A stretch of DNA of 63,387 nucleotides, the filler included, from Stramenopiles sp. TOSAG23-2 (Eukaryota): NCBI GenBank assembly GCA_900128395.1. It is 29 parts of 29 records of this genome, joined end to end, with 100 filler letters (N's around TTAATTAATTAA, not from the genome) between each part and the next. Parts side by side here need not be neighbours in the genome. Positions count along the whole stretch, not along the records: positions 56,965 to 59,040 come from LT652060.1; positions 59,141 to 61,214 come from LT652061.1; positions 61,315 to 63,387 come from LT652062.1; 26 more parts are not named here. The stretch is one strand, 5' to 3'. The notes beneath the pieces are model-generated. The model was not told the origin of the DNA. It was given only the letters and a program-made list of their open reading frames with translations, and did not search any database. Of the stretch, positions 57,695-63,387 are shown piece after piece. A program made the position numbers and the translations under genes. How positions within the stretch are numbered: position 1 is the first letter of the stretch; every line of letters begins with the position of its first letter.

Positions 57695-57871
57695 GTGCCT
57701 GGTGCACCCCCAGATATATTACATGCATATTTTGGAGTATGTGGTATTAGTTTAATTGGTCAAGATAGTCAATATGTAAAACCATTAAATGCAAAATTTG
57801 GTCTTGCAGCGGATACAGTGAGAAGAACAAATCTTAGAGATACGATTTTCAAAAGTGAATATAAAAAATAA
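57695..57871 (+). CDS. PGGT1B: Geranylgeranyltransferase type-I beta subunit, C-terminal fragment
   Basis: Manual translation VPGAPPDILHAYFGVCGISLIG...KK* matches the PDxLHAYFGICGLSL motif. It is absent from the ORF track. Confidence 0.7.
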   Translation: MPGAPPDILHAYFGVCGISLIGQDSQYVKPLNAKFGLAADTVRRTNLRDTIFKSEYKK

Positions 57872-59140
57872 TTTTTATATTATAAAAATAAAAGGCGGAT
57901 GAATTGTAGAGCAAATGATCGTGAGATAAAAATACTAGGCGGATGAATTGTAGAGCAAATGATCGTGAGATAAAAATAAAAGGTGGTAGCATGCAATTTT
58001 ATTTGTAGAGCAAATTAGGACTAACCACTATGAGAGAGTATACCATCAACTCAGCGTAATACAATATTATCCCATCACGGTTTACACTACGCAGTCTTGT
58101 ACTAATCATCCTAGGAATATATCAATTCTAGCATTTGCGTTTTAAAAGATCTCTGGGATCCCTTCGTACAGCGTACAGCTGTGGGGATGCTGGATGATAG
58201 GTACACGTTTAGTATACTATTATTGGTGCTGGACACCATAGATAAATGGTACTCCGATAATTAAAACCCAATTTTTGGCATGTTGGTGCCAACTAAAGTA
58301 GAAAGAAATAGACAAATCATTCACAAGACTACATCAAGTATAAAGCTTCCCTATAAAAAGAATATGGCAACAGCCTTTTTTTGTTTCCTTTGATAAAGGA
58401 GGACACCTCTGTACTATATGCTGTACCAAAGATCAGGAGCGGTAGCATGGGGATAGCATGGTGGGAGATTTTTGGTGGTTATTTTCCAGCCTTTTTTAAA
58501 AAAAAAAGCATAAGATGCCTGGATTAGGATTGCCAGATGCAGATTAACATTGCTGCAAAAGAAGACGAAACATCATATTAATAAATACACACAGCACCAC
58601 ACCACTATTATTTTTTTTCTCAATCCTGTACGTCGTCGTTAAAATAAAGATATATTCATTAAATTAAAATAATAATTCTGGTACCTAGACTCCTCTTCTA
58701 TTATGAAGGCAAACACGCCTTCTACTAAAAGATATACTCTAGCAACAATTTCCACGAAACGAACGATTCATCTAAAAAAAACATATTCAACATCACAACC
58801 GACTATACTTTGTATTTTACTCTGGAGCGAGCAAACCAAATGCTGCAACATCATTTATGGAAAGGCCGTTTTTCATTGAAAAAAAATATAATATGTTTGA
58901 TTCCATTGTATATTGTGTTATATACAATTCATATTTCAGTATTTAAAAATGAAAAGAAAAAAGAATACCATTATCCATGGAAAGGCTGGGGTCAAATTTC
59001 ACATCGAAACACTTTTACCAGCATTATACAAAGGGTTGGTNNNNNNNNNNNNNNNNNNNNNNNNNNNNNNNNNNNNNNNNNNNNTTAATTAATTAANNNN
59101 NNNNNNNNNNNNNNNNNNNNNNNNNNNNNNNNNNNNNNNN

Positions 59141-60430
59141 CCAGATTATTATTCTAATGCTGCAATAACGGAATATGCATTTAAACATAATAGACAGAAA
59201 GAGTTAATAGAAATGGAGTTACCACGTAATGCGTGTGCGCTAACATATGGGATAGCAAGCGAAGGATTAATGAAATTGGCAAAGAGCAAACTATTCTCTG
59301 ACTTTTGTGATGATTTAGCCAAGTCATTGCCACATACATTTCTTTCAGGCTATGCAAAACACATCAATCGTGGGAATGATAATGGCACATATGATGTATC
59401 AATTTCAGTTGCTGGAAAAAAAAATGCGTCTGTTATTACAGGAAAACATGTTGTATTTGCTTTAGGTGCAGCTAGTACCCCAACAATTCCAAAAGAAGTT
59501 TCGTGGATCCATGATTGTGTTGATGCTAAAAATCCATGTGTTGTCCATACTTTTTCATGGAAAAAATTGAATGCATTACAATTTTTTAACGAAGTAATCG
59601 TAGTTATCGGTGGTGGTCTTAGTGCTGTTCAAGCGGTATTATTAGCAAAAAAGAAAGGAGCTAAACGTGTGTTGCATGTAAGTCGTCGCGCAATACAAAC
59701 ACGATTTTACGACGTCTCATTGGATTGGTTAGATCCACGAATTGCATGGAGAACAGAAAAAGGAAAAAAAGTAAATAATATGTTTGAATTTCATAATGTA
59801 CCAAAATTAAAGCGAAGAGAATTTGTACGAAAGGCACGTGCTGGGGCAACGGTACCTCCAAGATATCTAGAATTATTAAAAAAAGCAGCAAAATCTGGGC
59901 ATGTTGAAAGATACGTTGATTCTATAGATACAGCGGAATACTTTGGGTGTGGACTTCATGGAACAGATAGGACAATTCATATAAAATTTAAAAACAACAC
60001 ACCACCTGTAGTAGCAAATCGAATCATATTGGCAACGGGGGCACAAACTAGCGTATCCAAAATACAACTTTTAAAGGATGCCATTACAAATTTTAATTTA
60101 CCCGTTATTGATGACCTCCCTGATGTTGATGGATATTTACAATGGGGTAAAGAACAATTTTCTGTTGTAGGCAACCTTGCTTTGTTGCAACTGGGTCCTG
60201 ATTCTGGGAATTTGTCAGGAGCACGTCGCAGCGCGGAGCTAGTAGCAAATACTCTCGGTTCTTTTGACTCATATCTTGAAGAAGGAGGTGTACATGATAA
60301 TTTTTTCTCAGCTTTTGCAAGTGAAAGTGATGATAGTAGTGATGATGATAGTGATGCCAGTGCTGACAGTACTACTAGTTGTAGTGTAGAGAATGAATTT
60401 CATGAATGTGATGATGATGATAAATCATAA
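59141..60430 (+). CDS. FAD/NAD(P)-dependent oxidoreductase, 5'-partial
   Basis: VVFALG, VVIGGGLSAVQ, IILATG and LQLGPDSGNLSGARR, with an acidic tail. Confidence 0.85.
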   Translation, partial: PDYYSNAAITEYAFKHNRQKELIEMELPRNACALTYGIASEGLMKLAKSKLFSDFCDDLAKSLPHTFLSGYAKHINRGNDNGTYDVSISVAGKKNASVITGKHVVFALGAASTPTIPKEVSWIHDCVDAKNPCVVHTFSWKKLNALQFFNEVIVVIGGGLSAVQAVLLAKKKGAKRVLHVSRRAIQTRFYDVSLDWLDPRIAWRTEKGKKVNNMFEFHNVPKLKRREFVRKARAGATVPPRYLELLKKAAKSGHVERYVDSIDTAEYFGCGLHGTDRTIHIKFKNNTPPVVANRIILATGAQTSVSKIQLLKDAITNFNLPVIDDLPDVDGYLQWGKEQFSVVGNLALLQLGPDSGNLSGARRSAELVANTLGSFDSYLEEGGVHDNFFSAFASESDDSSDDDSDASADSTTSCSVENEFHECDDDDKS

Positions 60431-61041
60431 AAAAATAATGAACAAATATTATACGTACAAAGTGCGAATATCGTATTATTATATAATAAAATACATTTAA
60501 ATCTGATCATACTACGCGTATATTTTTAATTTATGCGAGTTATCGTGCTGCTGTTGATCTTCATCAGTATCATCGTGACTTTTCTCTTTGTTGTTTTTTC
60601 TTGATTTTTTCTGTTTTAATATTGGTTGATGTGTTGGCGGTGATGCATTTGCAAAAGGATCAAATCTTTAATACTTTAATATACCATCAACTTCATAAGA
60701 TCAATTTAATAACCTCACATCAACATAACCAGTATGTGTATGGCCATTTATATTTTTATACGTTGGTTCACCAAAGGTATCGACCCATGCCTTTTCTTTC
60801 ATTAAAAACACCCCTAAGCCTTCAAACATAGCATCTGCATTTTTCTGTGCATGTCTAATTTTTGATATTTTATTTGCTAATGTTGGAAAATATTTCCCAA
60901 TGAAATGAGGATTAAATGCTCCAATCCATTCTATAAATGTAATACCTAAATCATGTGCTGGTAAAAACCATTCTGATTTTTTCCTAGCATCTTTCATAGA
61001 TCGATGGCAAAATTGACATCTATGTCGAGAGTGCCATTATA

Positions 61042-61214
61042 CGTGGATTTTCTACAAATACTGCAGAAGCTGGAACGAATCCTGAAGATGTTGCAGTGAG
61101 AGCATTCAGAAACTATGATCACGACGGGTCTGCATGCATTGATTACATGGAATTTAAAGCAATTTGTGTTGATTTAGGGGTAACATTAAATAAAGCTGAA
61201 TTAAAAGATGCAAT
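61042..61214 (+). CDS. EF-hand protein fragment
   Basis: Manual translation ..AVRAFRNYDHDGSACIDYMEFKAICVDLGVTLNKAELKDA. Confidence 0.7.
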
Positions 61215-61343
61215 NNNNNNNNNNNNNNNNNNNNNNNNNNNNNNNNNNNNNNNNNNNNTTAATTAATTAANNNNNNNNNNNNNNNNNNNNNNNNNNNNNN
61301 NNNNNNNNNNNNNNGTGATTGGATATATGTATATACAATAACA

Positions 61344-63287
61344 ATGATGAAAAAAATATTTACAAATCTAATCAATAATAAGAAGAATGTATTCATGAAG
61401 AAGAAGAAGAAAACAATAATAACAAGAGGTTATCAATCTATTTTTGTATCGTCATCATCTAATTATTTGAAATGTTATAGTAATAACAATTTTAAACGAG
61501 ATGTCAGTACCGCTGCTAAAACACCAATAACGAAAGGAGAACCTGTACCAATATCAGAACCTTCTTTGAAACAAACAAACGCAAATAAATCATCAATAGG
61601 ATTATATGATTCACATGGTAGAAACCATACCTATTTACGCTTATCTTTAACAGAACGATGTAATTTACGATGTCAATATTGTATGCCAGAGGAAGGGAAT
61701 CCAATACAACATATCGATAAATTATTGGCTGCTGATGAATTAGTACAAATTGCAAATTTTTTCGTAAACGAAGGTATCGATAAAATACGTTTAACAGGTG
61801 GGGAACCATTGATAAGTCCACACGCATTAGATATATGTAAAGAAATAGGTGCAAATGAACATGTGAAATTATTAGGTTTAACAACAAATGGTTTAACATT
61901 GCCTAGAAAATTGCCAAAATTAATTGAATATGGTGTCAATAGAATTAATATAAGTTTAGATACATTGGTAGAGCCAAAATTTGAATTTTTAACTCGTCGT
62001 AAAGGTTTTAAACGTGTAATGCAATCCATATATGACACAGTTGAAATACAACGAGAACAACATCAACGATACATGGAACGAGAAGAGGATTTTCGATATA
62101 GATCACCATTTGAAATGAAAATTAATGTTGTTTTAATGAATGGTATTAATGATGATGAATTAGGAGATTTTGTAGAGTTAACGAGAAATGATCCGATTAA
62201 TGTTCGTTTCATCGAATTTATGCCATTTAGTGATAATAAATGGAATCATAATAAATTTATTAGTTATCGAGATGCACTGCAACGTGTATGTGCAGATGAG
62301 CGATTCCAAGATACTCATGGTAATCCATTAATACATGCTATGACTAATGATTTTCATGATACAGCAAAAAGTTATCAAGTTGATGGTTTTGTTGGTAAAT
62401 TTGGTTTTATCTCATCCATGACAGAGAATTTTTGTACCGGTTGTAATCGTATACGTGTAACAGCTGATGGTGATTTCAAAGTATGTTTATTTGGGAATGA
62501 GGAAGATAGTATATCATTACGTGACATTTTACGAGAACATAATAATAATAACAGTAGTGAGAACAACCATGTAAATACTATTTTAAAAGAATCAATACAA
62601 ACTGCTTTAAATAAAAAACATCGTACCTTAGGTGGTAATAAAAATATGTTTGATATTTCAAAATCAAGTTCAAAAAATAGATCAATGACACGTATAGGAG
62701 GATTTTCTACATTGGCTCGTAATAATATACATAATAATAATAATAATAGTGATGATAAGTTATCACATGTTGATATCGATGAAAAAACTGGTAATGTACT
62801 TCCTACTATGGTTGATGTTGGAAATAAAAATATAAGTGTTCGGGAAGCAACTGCACATAGTGTTGTAAAAGTTCCACCATCCATTGCAAAATTGATTAAA
62901 GATGGTGATGGTAATGGGCCAAAAGGTCCTATACTATCGACTGCAATTATAGCTGGTACAATGGGGGCTAAAAATACAAGCAATTTAATACCATTTTGTC
63001 ATCCATTACAGATTGATCGTTGTAAAATCAATATGAATGTAAATTATAATGATAAAGATGGCGATGATAATGATGAATCAACCTTTTCAACTATTGATGT
63101 ATATTGCAACGTCCGTTGCTCTGGCAAAACAGGTGTTGAGATGGAGGCATTGACAGGTTGCTCCATTGCTGCCTTAACAATATACGATATGACAAAGGCT
63201 CTATCACATAATATTATTCTTGGAGAAACTAAATTAATGAAAAAAACTGGAGGTAAAAGTGATTTTACTAGAACAGAAAAAGAATAG
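61344..63287 (+). CDS. MOCS1: Molybdenum cofactor biosynthesis protein 1: MoaA radical-SAM domain fused to MoaC, with mitochondrial-type presequence
   Basis: YLRLSLTERCNLRCQYCMP, RLTGGEP, FCTGCNRIR..CLFG and MTRIGG, then MoaC motifs LSHVD..MVDV, LIPFCHPL and TGVEMEAL..TIYDMTKA. Confidence 0.96.
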   Translation: MMKKIFTNLINNKKNVFMKKKKKTIITRGYQSIFVSSSSNYLKCYSNNNFKRDVSTAAKTPITKGEPVPISEPSLKQTNANKSSIGLYDSHGRNHTYLRLSLTERCNLRCQYCMPEEGNPIQHIDKLLAADELVQIANFFVNEGIDKIRLTGGEPLISPHALDICKEIGANEHVKLLGLTTNGLTLPRKLPKLIEYGVNRINISLDTLVEPKFEFLTRRKGFKRVMQSIYDTVEIQREQHQRYMEREEDFRYRSPFEMKINVVLMNGINDDELGDFVELTRNDPINVRFIEFMPFSDNKWNHNKFISYRDALQRVCADERFQDTHGNPLIHAMTNDFHDTAKSYQVDGFVGKFGFISSMTENFCTGCNRIRVTADGDFKVCLFGNEEDSISLRDILREHNNNNSSENNHVNTILKESIQTALNKKHRTLGGNKNMFDISKSSSKNRSMTRIGGFSTLARNNIHNNNNNSDDKLSHVDIDEKTGNVLPTMVDVGNKNISVREATAHSVVKVPPSIAKLIKDGDGNGPKGPILSTAIIAGTMGAKNTSNLIPFCHPLQIDRCKINMNVNYNDKDGDDNDESTFSTIDVYCNVRCSGKTGVEMEALTGCSIAALTIYDMTKALSHNIILGETKLMKKTGGKSDFTRTEKE

Positions 63288-63387
63288 AGAGAGTGTGTGT
63301 GTGTGTGTGGGTATCCTGTCATATATAAATAAAAGCTGTGTAATTTTTTATATAAAATGAGAGTTCTGCTGTTTTGTGGGAAGTTTA

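Noticed and set aside
60650..60705. TGA readthrough at the end of ORF 60701-60997
   Set aside because: Only about ten codons follow, with no conserved motif or SECIS evidence.
2105..61314. Regularly spaced TTAATTAATTAA as a CRISPR-like or biological repeat
   Set aside because: It is always embedded in 44+44 Ns, stops all six frames, and separates size-sorted contigs. It is an artificial linker.
1..63387. Functional gene cluster (tubulin, calcium or trafficking genes) across the window
   Set aside because: The contigs are concatenated by length, so there is no linkage information across spacers.
1..63387. Alternative genetic code
   Set aside because: Long conserved genes (PEX2, MOCS1, DnaJ-X) read through in the standard code, and TAA, TAG and TGA all end genes at expected positions.

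Overview
This window is not one locus. It is 29 unlinked contigs of about 2.07-2.10 kb, ordered by decreasing length and joined by an artificial 100-nt spacer (N44-TTAATTAATTAA-N44), so adjacency across spacers means nothing. The DNA comes from an AT-rich, intron-poor, flagellated eukaryote using the standard code. A stramenopile-like protist is my inference, not verified. Recognisable genes include ARFRP1, an NCKX exchanger, TRAPPC2, delta-tubulin, TBCC, PEX2, a DnaJ-X protein, kinesin-5, a rhomboid-like gene with one GT-AG intron, a MoaA-MoaC (MOCS1) fusion, EF-hand, Kelch, IPT/TIG, PH and TLDc proteins, and a tRNA-Ile(UAU). Many contigs carry short tandem duplications, internal gene deletions and abrupt gene-to-gene junctions. 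These are best explained as whole-genome-amplification or assembly chimeras. The best leads for novelty are: a contig-spanning Z1-like/SF2 helicase-type ORF of possibly foreign origin; a CryptonS-like tyrosine-recombinase relic; an actin-like protein with a degenerate phosphate-1 loop; an in-frame TGA at a cysteine position in a repeat surface protein; and a membrane-protein gene bracketed by an inverted repeat. I cannot support a complete new multi-gene system from this window.
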